Below, piece by piece: positions 10,916-21,177 of a stretch of 64,000 nt of DNA. Positions within the stretch are counted from its first letter, which is position 1. Each line of letters opens with the position of its first letter. A program made the translations under genes and the position numbers. The notes beneath the pieces were generated by a model, which had not been told where the DNA came from, ran no database searches, and saw only the letters and a list, made by a program, of their open reading frames with translations. The stretch comes from Candidatus Bathyarchaeota archaeon (GTDB lineage: Archaea > Thermoproteota > Bathyarchaeia > Bathyarchaeales > Bathycorpusculaceae). The stretch covers positions 480,001 to 544,000 of the forward strand of contig CAWGYA010000008.1 in NCBI GenBank assembly GCA_963826715.1. The letters run 5' to 3'.

Positions 10916-11008
10916 CCTATATGGAAGCTGATATGCCGGAGTTAAGACAAAAGGTATATTTGAGACTAAATCATCAAAGAGTTAGCCAAACAAAAGGAAT
11001 CACAAAAA

Positions 11009-11170
11009 ATGCCGATATTAGATCCAGTAAAGAAAGCCATAGCGCAAAAACATCGCTTATATATGAAAATCTGCAGAGAATGCGGTGTACGTAACGCAGC
11101 TACCGCATTAAAATGTAGAAAATGCAAAGGCAAAAATCTGCGCTGGAAGAAACGTGAAATAGTGAAATAA
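11009..11170 (+). CDS. rpl40e: 50S ribosomal protein L40e (missing from the ORF track)
   Basis: Manual translation MPILDPVKKAIAQKHRLYMKICRECGVRNAATALKCRKCKGKNLRWKKREIVK (53 aa). Confidence 0.95.
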   Translation: MPILDPVKKAIAQKHRLYMKICRECGVRNAATALKCRKCKGKNLRWKKREIVK

Positions 11171-11275
11171 TAGTTCACTTTTCTTTACTTATTTAATTTT
11201 AAGTTAAATTAGAAGTTTTCTTTAGCGACCCCTGATAAACTCTAATTACTATGCGGGTCCATAAAGACTGATCGT

Positions 11276-12562
11276 TTACTCATCGAACTCCAAGGGATAA
11301 GTGGGTATGTAATCCGACGCGAATTTCTCATCATCAGTTGAGTTATTCGAGGACTCTTCAGGTAACTCCTGTTCACAGGCTCTTCGCAGAAGGAGCGGCG
11401 CTAAAAGCGTCGTTATCATAATCATACCTAAAATTGCGGCATATGTGCTCGGGGTTATAGCACCAGCAGTAATCGCGACACCTGCTACGATAAGGCCAAC
11501 TTCGCCTCTGGAAATCATGCCGTAGCCCACTTTATTGCCTTTACTGCGGCTTTTAAGGAAGTAGGCAGCTGGTAATGCACAGCCAATCATTTTGCTTGCA
11601 ACCGCCGCTATGACAAGGACTATAAAGAAAAAATAGAAGAACCAATCTGTTGTGATGAAGCTTCTAAGATCAAATTGGGCTCCTGCTAAAGCAAAGAAAA
11701 CAGGGGAGAAGACTATACTTATTTTTTTGGTGTAGTCCCGGATTTTGTTTATAACGCTTGAGCTTGCAACAGCCATACCTGCTGCGAAGGCTCCAACTAT
11801 GGGAGATAATCCTAATGCCGCAGCTAAGGCAGAAGCACCAAAACATGACGCAGTAGCTGCCGCTTCAACAGTTCCCTCAAGATTTCCTTTTGAGGTTAAA
11901 TTGATTATTCTGGGCAGAATTATGGAGGCGAATATAGTCAGAGCAAGCCAAAGGGCTAAAGAGGTAGAAATAACCACGATAATACTTAGCGGCGTGATAA
12001 CTGTTGAAGAAGAGATAAAGGAAATGATGACACCAAGAATTGCCAAGCCCAAAACGTCATCGATGACGGCTGCGCTAATCATCATTCGCGACTCAATTTT
12101 CCGGTGCTGATTCATCTCTTGCAAAACCAATGCAGTGATGGAAATGCTGGTAGCAACTAGTGCGGCAGCAACAACTAAACTGGTTATAGTATCAAAACCC
12201 ATCAGAATGGAAAGCCCATAGCCCATAGCAAAGGGAACAATTACACCGGCAGTTCCTATGACAAAACCCGCTTTACCTACCCTTCGGAAATCCTTAAAAG
12301 TCATCTCTAAGCCCGCAACAAACAAAATCAGAATACCCCCGATTTCTCCGAAAGCTCTCACAATTTCATTAATGGCAATAAGGGGAGTCCCATTGATGGC
12401 AATTACGGAACCTAAAGCGAAAGGACCAAGTATGATACCTGCTGTTAATTCGCCAAGTACAGAGGGGATTTTTCTCCAGGAAAAAATCTCGCCCAGAACC
12501 TTGGCTGAGAAAACTAGAATACATATTGTGACAATTGCAGTAAGGACACTGTTTAAAGCCAA
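11276..12562 (-). CDS. Cation:proton antiporter (CPA2, Kef/NapA family)
   Basis: About 12 TM helices; 'LFVAGLE', 'ATSISIT', 'AAVIDD', 'GMISRGEVGL'. Confidence 0.92.
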   Translation of the reverse strand: MALNSVLTAIVTICILVFSAKVLGEIFSWRKIPSVLGELTAGIILGPFALGSVIAINGTPLIAINEIVRAFGEIGGILILFVAGLEMTFKDFRRVGKAGFVIGTAGVIVPFAMGYGLSILMGFDTITSLVVAAALVATSISITALVLQEMNQHRKIESRMMISAAVIDDVLGLAILGVIISFISSSTVITPLSIIVVISTSLALWLALTIFASIILPRIINLTSKGNLEGTVEAAATASCFGASALAAALGLSPIVGAFAAGMAVASSSVINKIRDYTKKISIVFSPVFFALAGAQFDLRSFITTDWFFYFFFIVLVIAAVASKMIGCALPAAYFLKSRSKGNKVGYGMISRGEVGLIVAGVAITAGAITPSTYAAILGMIMITTLLAPLLLRRACEQELPEESSNNSTDDEKFASDYIPTYPLEFDE

Positions 12563-12723
12563 GGGGGACGCCTCTTCTTAAAGAGGCACACCGTAGAATA
12601 ACTATTTAAGATTAGCTCACGTGAAATGATTTTTTATTCATAGGTAAAAAAAATTCTGTTTATTAGGATTATTAAAAAATAGAAGAAAATTTGAAGGTTT
12701 TCAACTATTATGGAGCTTGTTTT

Positions 12724-13011
12724 TTACTTTTTGGTAAGGGTAATCTCCATTGTCGAAACCATTCTGGACTTGCTCTCGCCCTCACGTGGCGGCATCTCGA
12801 CTGTCCCAATTGCAATTTTGGAAACTTTGAGGTCTTTAACGAAGCGATTTCTTGAAATCTCGGCTACATCGACAGCAGTAGTAATAGCTTGACCTCTAGC
12901 TTTTAGTGTTATTTCATTCGATGTACCTGATGAAAGGTTGGTGATAATTGCCAGAACATAGTTCATGGGTGGTTTGTTTCCTACGAAGATAACATTTGAA
13001 TTTTCTGTCAT
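12724..13011 (-). CDS. albA: DNA/RNA-binding protein Alba (second paralogue)
   Basis: 'VGNKPPMNYVLA', 'KARGQAITTAVDVAE', 'VSTMEITL'. Confidence 0.93.
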   Translation of the reverse strand: MTENSNVIFVGNKPPMNYVLAIITNLSSGTSNEITLKARGQAITTAVDVAEISRNRFVKDLKVSKIAIGTVEMPPREGESKSRMVSTMEITLTKK

Positions 13012-13219
13012 TATTCATTAACTCCTTTGGTCGCGTAGAGGAACATTGGGTTTTAGTTCTTCTTTTGAGCGCAACGTTACTGAAAATTATGTAAGGTAAC
13101 TTCCTAATAAGTTCATTGAAAAATCTTCTCAGCCAAAATAATGTTGAACAAGCTGGTTAAGAAAGGCTTTTCTACAGCCAACCCGTAATTGGCTCAATAT
13201 ACGAGAGACTCAGAAAACT

Positions 13220-13852
13220 GTGCTGACTAAACTAAAAAAACAAATCCAGGAAATGCTAAAAAGCGAAGCAAAAATAGCACATAAAATAGGTTTAACTCCC
13301 AACCACATTAGCATAATAGGCTTCATCTTAGCCTCAGCCTCTGCAGTTGCATACGGGTTATTTACAACACAAGCAAATTGGCTTTTGCTTCTAGCAACCT
13401 TTTTCCTGCTCGCATCAGGATTCTGCGACACGATGGACGGCATCGTAGCCCGCACTCATAAACAAACCACGGTTTTCGGCGGATTCTTCGACTCGGTACT
13501 AGACCGGTACGCAGACTCTGCAATCTACGCAGGAATAATAATCGCAGGAATTAGCAATGCCGCTTGGGGACCTGTTTGGGGGGCAATCTGGGGTTTGGCA
13601 ACATTTGGGGGTTCATTACTTGTTAGTTATACACGTGCAAGAGCAGAAGTCGCGGGATTAAAAATGGAGTCTGTGGGTTTTGCTGAACGTGCGGAGCGTA
13701 TGCTTATCCTAGCTGTGATTAGTATAATAGGGTTCTTCTGGTTGCCTGTGTTTGGCTACGGCATCGCTTTATTAGCGGTACTTTCAAACCTAACGGTTTT
13801 ACAAAGAGTGTTGCATGTTTATAAAAAATTAAATAAAAAGGTAGCTGTTTAG
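13220..13852 (+). CDS. pgsA: CDP-alcohol phosphatidyltransferase (archaetidylinositol phosphate synthase-like)
   Basis: 'DTMDGIVAR...FGGFFDSVLDRYAD' signature; 'VSYTRARAE'. Confidence 0.9.
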   Translation: MLTKLKKQIQEMLKSEAKIAHKIGLTPNHISIIGFILASASAVAYGLFTTQANWLLLLATFFLLASGFCDTMDGIVARTHKQTTVFGGFFDSVLDRYADSAIYAGIIIAGISNAAWGPVWGAIWGLATFGGSLLVSYTRARAEVAGLKMESVGFAERAERMLILAVISIIGFFWLPVFGYGIALLAVLSNLTVLQRVLHVYKKLNKKVAV

Positions 13853-13856
13853 CCAC

Positions 13857-14150
13857 TTAATACCGTCTTTTGTAGCCTCTTGAATGCCGTTCACTTTCGG
13901 CTCTAACCTTGACGATGCCACGATGAACAGCGCATGAAATACAATAATATTTAGTATCAACCCAAGAAGCTAAAAATGTGCCTTTCTGTCTGAGTTCTTT
14001 AGCTAATTGAGGCTCAACAAAAGATACTCTTCGAGTGGAGCGTTTGGCCTTGTCCCTGGGTACCATTGCACCGCAATTTACACATTGAACTAGGGTACTG
14101 CTTCCTTTGCTTCCTTTCGCTCTTCCTCGGCTTTTTCGCTTACTGGGCAT
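13857..14150 (-). CDS. rps26e: 30S ribosomal protein S26e
   Basis: 'MPSKRKSRGRAKG', 'VQCVNCGAMVPRDKAK', 'YCISCAVHRGIVKVR'. Confidence 0.96.
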   Translation of the reverse strand: MPSKRKSRGRAKGSKGSSTLVQCVNCGAMVPRDKAKRSTRRVSFVEPQLAKELRQKGTFLASWVDTKYYCISCAVHRGIVKVRAESERHSRGYKRRY

Positions 14151-14431
14151 TATTTTGACCTACTTTTTTCCTTTTGTCCCATTTATTGAATTAACTATCT
14201 TATATATCTGCCTTAACATTGCGTGCGAAGCATGATGCATTAGAAGCTGTAAGCGAAACATTTTTTGCAAAATCGATTAATATTAGTCATAGAGACTCAA
14301 CTTTGTAACCTACATAAGTACGCAATCAAACTGACAAAGGAATTTTTCATGTTAAGTAACTCTTAATTATGCGCTTAACCTATTTGTTCACTCGTGCAAA
14401 AGTCTATCTGAATTGTGGAAGTGAGACAATA

Positions 14432-15010
14432 ATGGCTGAAATCGGATTAAGAACAAAAATGCTGGTTCGAGACGTGATGAGCAGTCCAGTCGTAACTATG
14501 GGCGAAAATGAAACTTCAAACCAGGCTGCTTCCAACATGGATAAGAACAATTTAGGTGCAGTCATAGTCCAGAACAAAGTGGGAAAACCAATCGGTATCA
14601 TAACAGAACGCGATATCGTAAAGCGTGTTGTTGCTAAAAACCTAAAACCAGATACTATAGAGGCCAAAGAAATCATGACAACCCCCCTGGTCACAATTGA
14701 ACCTGAAGCATCCATCACTGATGCTGCGCGAAGGATGACACGTCTTGACATCCGAAGATTAGGCGTAATCTATAAGGGCAATTTGGTAGGAATAATCTCG
14801 AGCAAAGACATTTTAGGCGTCATGCCCGAACTCATTGAAACCATGCAAGAACGCTCGCGAATAGAAAACGCAGACAGAACCGAGGAGAACGAAGAGATTC
14901 CGCTTTCAGGCTCTTGCGATCGCTGCAATGTCTACTCTGAGAACCTCAAAGAACGCAATGGACAAAATATCTGCGACGAATGCCGAATAGAACTTGAACA
15001 AGAAAAATAA
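14432..15010 (+). CDS. CBS-pair protein with C-terminal Cys4 zinc-binding tail
   Basis: Two CBS motifs ('GIITERDI', 'GIISSKDI'); 'CDRC...CDEC'; start moved to ATG 14432. Confidence 0.88.
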   Translation: MAEIGLRTKMLVRDVMSSPVVTMGENETSNQAASNMDKNNLGAVIVQNKVGKPIGIITERDIVKRVVAKNLKPDTIEAKEIMTTPLVTIEPEASITDAARRMTRLDIRRLGVIYKGNLVGIISSKDILGVMPELIETMQERSRIENADRTEENEEIPLSGSCDRCNVYSENLKERNGQNICDECRIELEQEK

Positions 15011-15136
15011 CCCTTTTCACGAAATAAGTTTTCTTAATTCCTTTTTCGCGACCAAAACGTTATTGAAAACATCTAAATTAATATCTCCAAAATATCAATT
15101 TAGATGTAGCAAAAATTTTCACTCGAGGTCAACTTA

Positions 15137-15790
15137 GTGAAAGATGAATGCGGAATCTGCGGTATAGTTATGCGTACAATCTATTTGCGCCAGTGTCAAC
15201 GTTGCAAAAAAAAGTTTTGCCGAGACTGCATGACCCCAGATGTCGCTACTGGCGACCCCAATGCAATGCTGTGTCTCCATTGTGCACGCCGAATTGTGTC
15301 ACCGCGAAATATTTCCAAGTATGCGGGGTTAGAAAGTCATCTAAAATTCCGAAGTGCCTTTACAGACCAGGTCACACTAAAATTTGCCCGAATCGACGGC
15401 TTAATCGGCAACAATCTCTCTATGGCCGCTTACCGGCAAGAGACATTGTGGAGCAACAGTTCGTCTAGCAGTCATGCGAAGGCTTGGCTTAATGCAGGTT
15501 GGGAAGTGCAGCAACTCAACCTCAAAGAAGGTACTGTTACCTTCAAAAAAGTTCGGGCCTTGCCCAAAAAACGAAAGAATAACAAATCTGAAATCACATC
15601 GCCTTTCACTCCAGTACCGGTACATTCCCCCCGTTACAAAGCACCATCAAAAACCAAGGTTTCCAAGCTGTACGCCAGAATCAAAAACCTGGAACGCCAA
15701 CGTACGATGCCTCGCCAACCCGTAAGAGGATTTAAGTCAAAAACACATTATCAAAAGAAACTTTTTAAGTCCAGCCAGAAACCACGTTAG
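15137..15790 (+). CDS. Zinc-finger protein with DUF7662-like domain
   Basis: Four CxxC pairs at the N-terminus; 'KY..L..HL...VTLKF..I..LIG..L...AY....WSN.....HAKAWLNAGW' motif. Confidence 0.7.
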   Translation: MKDECGICGIVMRTIYLRQCQRCKKKFCRDCMTPDVATGDPNAMLCLHCARRIVSPRNISKYAGLESHLKFRSAFTDQVTLKFARIDGLIGNNLSMAAYRQETLWSNSSSSSHAKAWLNAGWEVQQLNLKEGTVTFKKVRALPKKRKNNKSEITSPFTPVPVHSPRYKAPSKTKVSKLYARIKNLERQRTMPRQPVRGFKSKTHYQKKLFKSSQKPR

Positions 15791-15794
15791 TTGA

Positions 15795-16340
15795 TTGAGA
15801 TGTGGTTTTCTGATAATTAAACAAACAGTTAATTTTGATGTTGAAGCGGCGTTTTCTAGAGCAAAGTCTGCACTTTTGGGTAATGGTTGCAAAGTTCTGC
15901 GTGAGCAGGCTCCAATAACTCTTGTTTTAGGACAAGGTTCACTAATGGGTATTGCGCCAAAAAAGGCTAAAAAAACAATTTATGTTGATTTTGAGGCAGT
16001 TGAAGAAAAAACGCTGGTAAGTTATCGCTCAGCAGTTGCTCGCGACTGGATTTATATCACATTAATCGGGTGTAGTTTGTCTTTAGCCTTGGCGACAGTT
16101 TGTCTTTGGATTAGTTGGGACTTAGAGGCTTTCATGGCGACTGGTCACCCGAGCGTTTGGAGTTGGTTAATCACCGCACAGAATCAAGTGGATTTTCAAG
16201 TTGGTCGAACCTTTGTCAACCTCGCTTATTGATTAGCCGCATTCCTGTTTGTAGTGATTTTTGTTGAAGCCATAATCTACATTAACGTTCAGTCTAAAAT
16301 CAACGGGTTTGCTCAAGAGATCCTAAAGAGTCTCAGTTAG
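15795..16340 (+). pseudogene. Membrane protein interrupted by an in-frame TGA (16230-16232)
   Basis: The frame continues past the TGA with a hydrophobic helix LAAFLFVVIFVEAIIYINVQSKINGFAQEILKSLS to TAG at 16338-16340. Confidence 0.65.
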
Positions 16341-17463
16341 AAGATCCATTGATATTTTTTCCGCATTGTTCACAGTAAGCAGCAAATTCTTTGTTTGGGG
16401 CGCCGCAGTGGATACAATATTTGCTTTCAGAAGTATCGGACGAGTTTTCTAATGCACGACTTGAAATCGACGTTATACTGAGGATTTTGGGTTTTCTGGC
16501 GGACCACACAGCAAGTGCAATACACCCAGATATCGCAATTATGATGACTGCGAAAAGGATGGGGTTTTCTGAAATCAAGTTGAAGGAAAGCGGCAGAACT
16601 GTTTTTACAGTTGGATCAGTCACATCAGGGGATGGAGTTCGGGTGGGATTTGGGGTTTCCCCTGTCGTAACCGGCGCATATGTAGGGGTTGGATCAGCAG
16701 CGGGTGTAACAACTATGTCGGGAACGAACTGTTTACTTTCATCTATGGTGTAAATCATTGCTTTTTGGTTTAGAAATGCCTCAGGAAGCTGCCCGATTTT
16801 AAAGTTGTTCCCAGTTGTTTCGCAGTAATAGTATGATTTGTTTGAGTCAGAAGGATAGTTCCAATAAGTGCCATGTAGATTATTGCCTAAAATGCCCACT
16901 GCATAATGATTAGGCGGATTAATGTAAACCGTTCCGTAGCCTAAAATCAAAGTTAGAGATGCAAAAAGAATCGAAGTGTCTTCACAATCTCCCCCGTCAT
17001 CAACTAAAGTTTCAATGGGAAAACGTGGGTACTCGTCATGACCTGTGGTTACCGAATCTGAGGTATAAGGCAGGCTCTGGACGAAGGCTAACATAAAACT
17101 GACTTGGTCAAAGGAGCTATATTGAAGCTGAGTGGTTGTTTCGTTGAGTTTTCTAGCAAGCATGTTTAGATAGTAGTCTTCGGTTGTGGTGAGAAAACCA
17201 TAACCCGCTGGACCGTCACGCGTGCGACGGCTATCTGGAACAGAATTGTAAGCGTCATAGAGAGCTGTGGGTATAGTCAGGTTCCAAGTCCAATGTTTAC
17301 CATCGTAATCCCATGCAAACACTTTATCATAATTAGAGCCTGTTTGTGCGGCAACAACTTGGCGCGGCAAAAATATTGGCAATGATATAATGAGAACTAA
17401 AGATAAGATAACCAGTAATCCAAGAGGTTTTAAAACCTGAAGACGCTTGTTTAGCTTAGTCAT
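16333..17463 (-). CDS. Transglutaminase-like (papain-fold) surface protein with TM helix and C-terminal zinc ribbon
   Basis: 'FVQSLPY', 'GDCEDTSIL', 'NHYAVGI', 'YYYCETT'; PT linker; TM helix; 'CIHCG...CEQCG'. Confidence 0.85.
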   Translation of the reverse strand: MTKLNKRLQVLKPLGLLVILSLVLIISLPIFLPRQVVAAQTGSNYDKVFAWDYDGKHWTWNLTIPTALYDAYNSVPDSRRTRDGPAGYGFLTTTEDYYLNMLARKLNETTTQLQYSSFDQVSFMLAFVQSLPYTSDSVTTGHDEYPRFPIETLVDDGGDCEDTSILFASLTLILGYGTVYINPPNHYAVGILGNNLHGTYWNYPSDSNKSYYYCETTGNNFKIGQLPEAFLNQKAMIYTIDESKQFVPDIVVTPAADPTPTYAPVTTGETPNPTRTPSPDVTDPTVKTVLPLSFNLISENPILFAVIIIAISGCIALAVWSARKPKILSITSISSRALENSSDTSESKYCIHCGAPNKEFAAYCEQCGKNINGSSN

Positions 17464-17645
17464 TTTGGGTGTCTTAAAGAGTTCTCGGGGTCATGTTTAA
17501 AACTTCCCCCAAATTAGTATTTTTTTAAAATTGATTGATTAAACCAGGTTGCGCAATTTAAAGCTAAAGAAGGAAAGACAACATAAGGTATGGCTAAACA
17601 ATTCGTTCATAGACCAGTAGCAACATGCAGAATTCTGGCTTCAAG

Positions 17646-17939
17646 TTATTTCTGTTTGATTATACCGTAACTCTGCTTCTTCCAGGCGTCACGAAACTTG
17701 TTATAATAGTCTACGGGCTGAAACACAGGTGCATATATGAGTTCCCACTCTAAACCGCATTTGCAAACTGCATAGGCTTTCTTGTTTTTTGTGTCAGCAT
17801 AAATCTGCAACAATTCCTTACGACATTTTGGGCAGTAGTAGGGACCGTTCACCATTTGCTTGGCATCCTTTGTGAGGATTTTCATACGACTTGAAGTGAC
17901 TTTATGCAGACCTTTGGCAGGGCTTTTGTCCGAACTCAT
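17646..17939 (-). CDS. Elf1-like zinc-ribbon protein (divergent)
   Basis: 'YYCPKC...AVCKCGL...QPVDYYNKFRD' matches the Elf1 layout. Confidence 0.7.
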   Translation of the reverse strand: MSSDKSPAKGLHKVTSSRMKILTKDAKQMVNGPYYCPKCRKELLQIYADTKNKKAYAVCKCGLEWELIYAPVFQPVDYYNKFRDAWKKQSYGIIKQK

Positions 17940-18176
17940 CTAAATCATGATAAACATAGGCTAAACCTCAAAGATATACTATTCCATTCAAAAATCAGAA
18001 ATCCCAAGTAGAAAAAGGAATCAACTAAGCATCAAAGCCCCAAAAATTAACAGATCTTAAAGGAATCTCGTCCAACTCGAAACAACTAAAGTAAGCAGTA
18101 ATCAATGCAAGAATCAAATCTCAATTGCAAATAAATTATTAAAAAAATAAAAATACCAAGACATTGACAATTAAAA

Positions 18177-18371
18177 TTAACTTTTTTCTTTGCACGGATT
18201 TGAACCAAGATAAATTGTTACCAAAAGGGCTACAAAAACTAGGGTTCCTACAGGGAGGAATAATCCAAAAAGAATATCACCGATTAAGCTTTCAAAAACT
18301 AACATATAAACTGACGAGATCAATGCCACAGCTAACCAGCAACTAACAACTGCTGCAGTTCTATACTCCAA
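18177..18371 (-). CDS. Small two-TM membrane protein
   Basis: 64 aa with two hydrophobic helices; gaggcg SD-like site upstream. Confidence 0.55.
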   Translation of the reverse strand: MEYRTAAVVSCWLAVALISSVYMLVFESLIGDILFGLFLPVGTLVFVALLVTIYLGSNPCKEKS

Positions 18372-18545
18372 TATCTTCGCCTCAAATTGAGTTTATCTTT
18401 CATCTTATTAATAGTTTTAACAATCAAAAGAATAACAAAAATATTCTCGCTCTAGTATGAGAGAAATCAATTTTAAAAAGAAAAATGAAAAATTTGAAAG
18501 AATCTGTTTACTACATATTTTTCAAAAGGCCTCGAAGGATCCGAC

Positions 18546-18875
18546 TTACATTTGCATTGGCATCATTTCAAAGATTTCAATACTTGAGTGGGGCATCATG
18601 AAATGTGGATGACCAGTAAGCATTAACTTAACTGCTTCTATGTCATTCGCTTGAACAATAGAGTACCCGTTGATCTGCGTTTGACTTTTAGACTTGCCTT
18701 CCTTGTCTAAGCGCACTCCATTTCCTAAAGGAGCGCCCATATCAACTACTGCATTTCCGGCTTTCTTATACCAAGCCATCCAGGGCTCCATCCCTTTCTT
18801 CAGCTCTTCAGGACTCACATTCATTTGCGCTTCCGCTGATACCGGAGCTAAATATAAAATCATAAATTTCTTCAA
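18546..18875 (-). CDS. YCII-related (dimeric alpha-beta barrel) protein
   Basis: 'MKKFMILY', 'WMAW', 'VDMGAPLG', 'GYSIVQA', 'HPH', 'IEIFE'. Confidence 0.8.
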   Translation of the reverse strand: MKKFMILYLAPVSAEAQMNVSPEELKKGMEPWMAWYKKAGNAVVDMGAPLGNGVRLDKEGKSKSQTQINGYSIVQANDIEAVKLMLTGHPHFMMPHSSIEIFEMMPMQM

Positions 18876-19286
18876 AATAGGTCTACCTCATCAAAACTGA
18901 GATATCTAAAAAGTTGAAGCAAGCAAATAAACGCTTGTGACTACCATTGCACTACAACAGGAATTAACTGATTTTGTATAGGTATTTTCTGTATTGACAT
19001 TAATACTCCAGTCTATGCCAAAATTTAAGATTCAATTTAGTATAATATTGTCGCTTGAAGAAGCAAGGGCAAAAAAGTTCCTTAAACAGACACTAAAAGT
19101 AAAATCTAACTAAGCCACTAAAGATAGCTTAGAAAGATAACTAACTTTTAGTAGAAAACTAAATATTAGAGACATCTTCAACCTTGCTTACTTGGGGCAT
19201 TAACGTCCTCAGTTAACAAATGTAAAACGCTTAAATCCCAAATGGTGTTACAGTTCACTAATTCAGTTGTGAGGTGAAATAGGAGC

Positions 19287-19358
19287 ATGATATTCGAGGA
19301 AGAAGAAGAGGAATGGACAGAAACTGAAGATGAAGAATTTGAAGAGGAAGATTGGTAA
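19287..19358 (+). CDS. 23-aa hyper-acidic microprotein
   Basis: MIFEEEEEEWTETEDEEFEEEDW; SD-like GAGGTGA and AGGAG upstream, TATA-like CTTAAAT near 19230, T-rich tract downstream. Confidence 0.6.
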   Translation: MIFEEEEEEWTETEDEEFEEEDW

Positions 19359-19652
19359 AATGAACCTTTCATTTCACTTTAATTTTTATTTTCACCAATT
19401 ATAGCAAGCAATGTTGTTTCAAATCATTCTTTTAGACATTAAGAACTTTTACCCATTAAAAGTGTCAAGATCGACTCTGTAACTTCAAAATTTACGTTCT
19501 GTAAAAAAACCAAATTCAAGCCTTTTGACAATAAAACTTCAAAATTAGTTCTTCGCTTTAATCCGTACAGGTCGATTTTTAGCAAAAATAAAAAAAATTC
19601 TAAAGACTCATATACAAAAACAAACTTAAGTTAAGTGAAGCAGTGAATTAAA

Positions 19653-19898
19653 ATGAAGAAAATCTCACAGGAAGATTTTGATAGATTACTGAATCAGTTT
19701 AGAGCGTTAAGTAACGAAAGACTGGAAATCGAAAATGAGCTTCTTAAGGTTTATGAGGTGCTAAACGTTAAAAATATTTCAACAATACCATCTGAAAAAT
19801 TTAAGACCATAACATCTTTAAGAGAAAGGTTGAAAATCGTGAAGAAAGAAATAAAAAAGATAGACCAAAAAATCTTAAAAATGCTAAAAATCAGCTAA
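19653..19898 (+). CDS. Small coiled-coil hypothetical protein
   Basis: 81-aa ORF, heptad-like and K/E/L-rich. Confidence 0.55.
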   Translation: MKKISQEDFDRLLNQFRALSNERLEIENELLKVYEVLNVKNISTIPSEKFKTITSLRERLKIVKKEIKKIDQKILKMLKIS

Positions 19899-19924
19899 AA
19901 TTCTTGCTATATAAACCCTAACCA

Positions 19925-20260
19925 AAACAATCGTTCTTCCTTTCTGAAATTATCCAGTGAAAATCCCAGTTCAAGGAGTGGGTAAAAGACATCTCTAAGA
20001 TTATGCAGCTCTGGCAAAGGTATTTGGCTCTGTCAGGTTTGAGACATACTGAATCATGAAGTTAGCTTCAACAGAATAATAGAGCTAGGCAAAGAGGCAA
20101 GAAGTGAATACATCAATGATGAAGGCATAGTTGAGTATTTTAGAAATCCTAAAGATTTCCTTAGTTAGGCACCAAGAACAGCTACATAAAAGTAGTCCCA
20201 GCCAGGTTACTTGATGAAATATCTAAGAGTAGAAAACTTTGTTATTCTCTCCTAACATAA
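19925..20260 (+). pseudogene. Tyrosine integrase catalytic-domain remnant (archaeal SSV/pTN3-like Int(C))
   Basis: Stitched frames: ...EWVKDISKIMQLWQRYLALSGLRHTES* / SFNRIIELGKEARSEYINDEGIVEYFRNPKDFL / GTKNSYIKVVP; includes the (S/T)GLR..E catalytic Arg motif and the TKN Lys. Confidence 0.7.
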
Positions 20261-20320
20261 CAGGAATTTTTGAGAGGACTCATGTATAAAATCTTATTAG
20301 TACACATTTCTTATTGCTAA

Positions 20321-21024
20321 GTGAAAATCTTGACAAAAAAAGATTCTCTAACAAAAGCTAATTCAGCTATTTTGCACGAATTTATTAAGGAATTTTTTGA
20401 ATTTCTTACAAGAGATGATTTAGTGGGTGTTTGTAACATTGATGGCGAAATGATACTCGCATTACCATTTGACCTTCTTGCAGAAGATTTTATGAGGTTT
20501 GCAAAAGAGGACCTTAAAGAAAGCTCAGAAAGGTCCCTAATAAACGCTCTTTCCAACATAAAGAGAACTATAATTGTAGAATAGCTTGCTTACTTGTTTA
20601 TTTTGGACTTTATAATACAGCTAAAAAGAATCATTGGAGTCTTCCAAAGAGCGCAAAATTTCTTATGGATATTGGCGTAATCGCCCCAGGGATTTTGAAT
20701 AAAATTAATACTAAAAGAAACAAGTTAGAGCATGAATTCAAAAAACCAACTATCACAGAAGTTAGAGACTATTTTGATGTTGCTGAGCTGTTTATGAGTT
20801 GCACTAACCAATTCCTTAAGAATTTTACAGATTTTGAGGTCCATGCCTCTAAGATTGAAGATGACACTCCAAGGGGAGAGATATACCTCTTTTCAAAAGA
20901 GGGTCTAATTAAGGTAATATACAAAACATCATTGAATAAAACAGATTTTGAAGTGCCTCTCGTTGAAATAGAAATTTACACTAAATTGTTGTCATATTTA
21001 GTTCGTTTTATTCAGGATAGGTAG
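20321..21024 (+). pseudogene. HEPN-domain protein, frameshifted near 20573
   Basis: Restoring one base joins ...NALSNIKRTI to CRIACLLVYFGLY...FLMDIGVIAPGILNKINTKRNKLEH; R-x4-H motif at 20716-20733. Confidence 0.7.
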
Positions 21025-21177
21025 GTTCTTGACCACTCGTATTCAGCATCCTCTTATCTTTTATCTTAGTTTTCTTGTTCATGTCTGCTTGGAGGGTCAA
21101 GGGCGAAAAAGTACAATAAACAGGTACTAAGACGTAAGACCTGTTGATAATAAAAAGAAGATGATTTGAAAAACCAG

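Noticed and set aside
16230-16232. Selenocysteine codon
   Set aside because: It falls just before a hydrophobic helix with no redox motif, and no SECIS-like element was recognised
19481-19546. 12-bp direct repeat AACTTCAAAATT
   Set aside because: Only two copies in very AT-rich DNA, no match to the tRNA-Gly att region; likely chance
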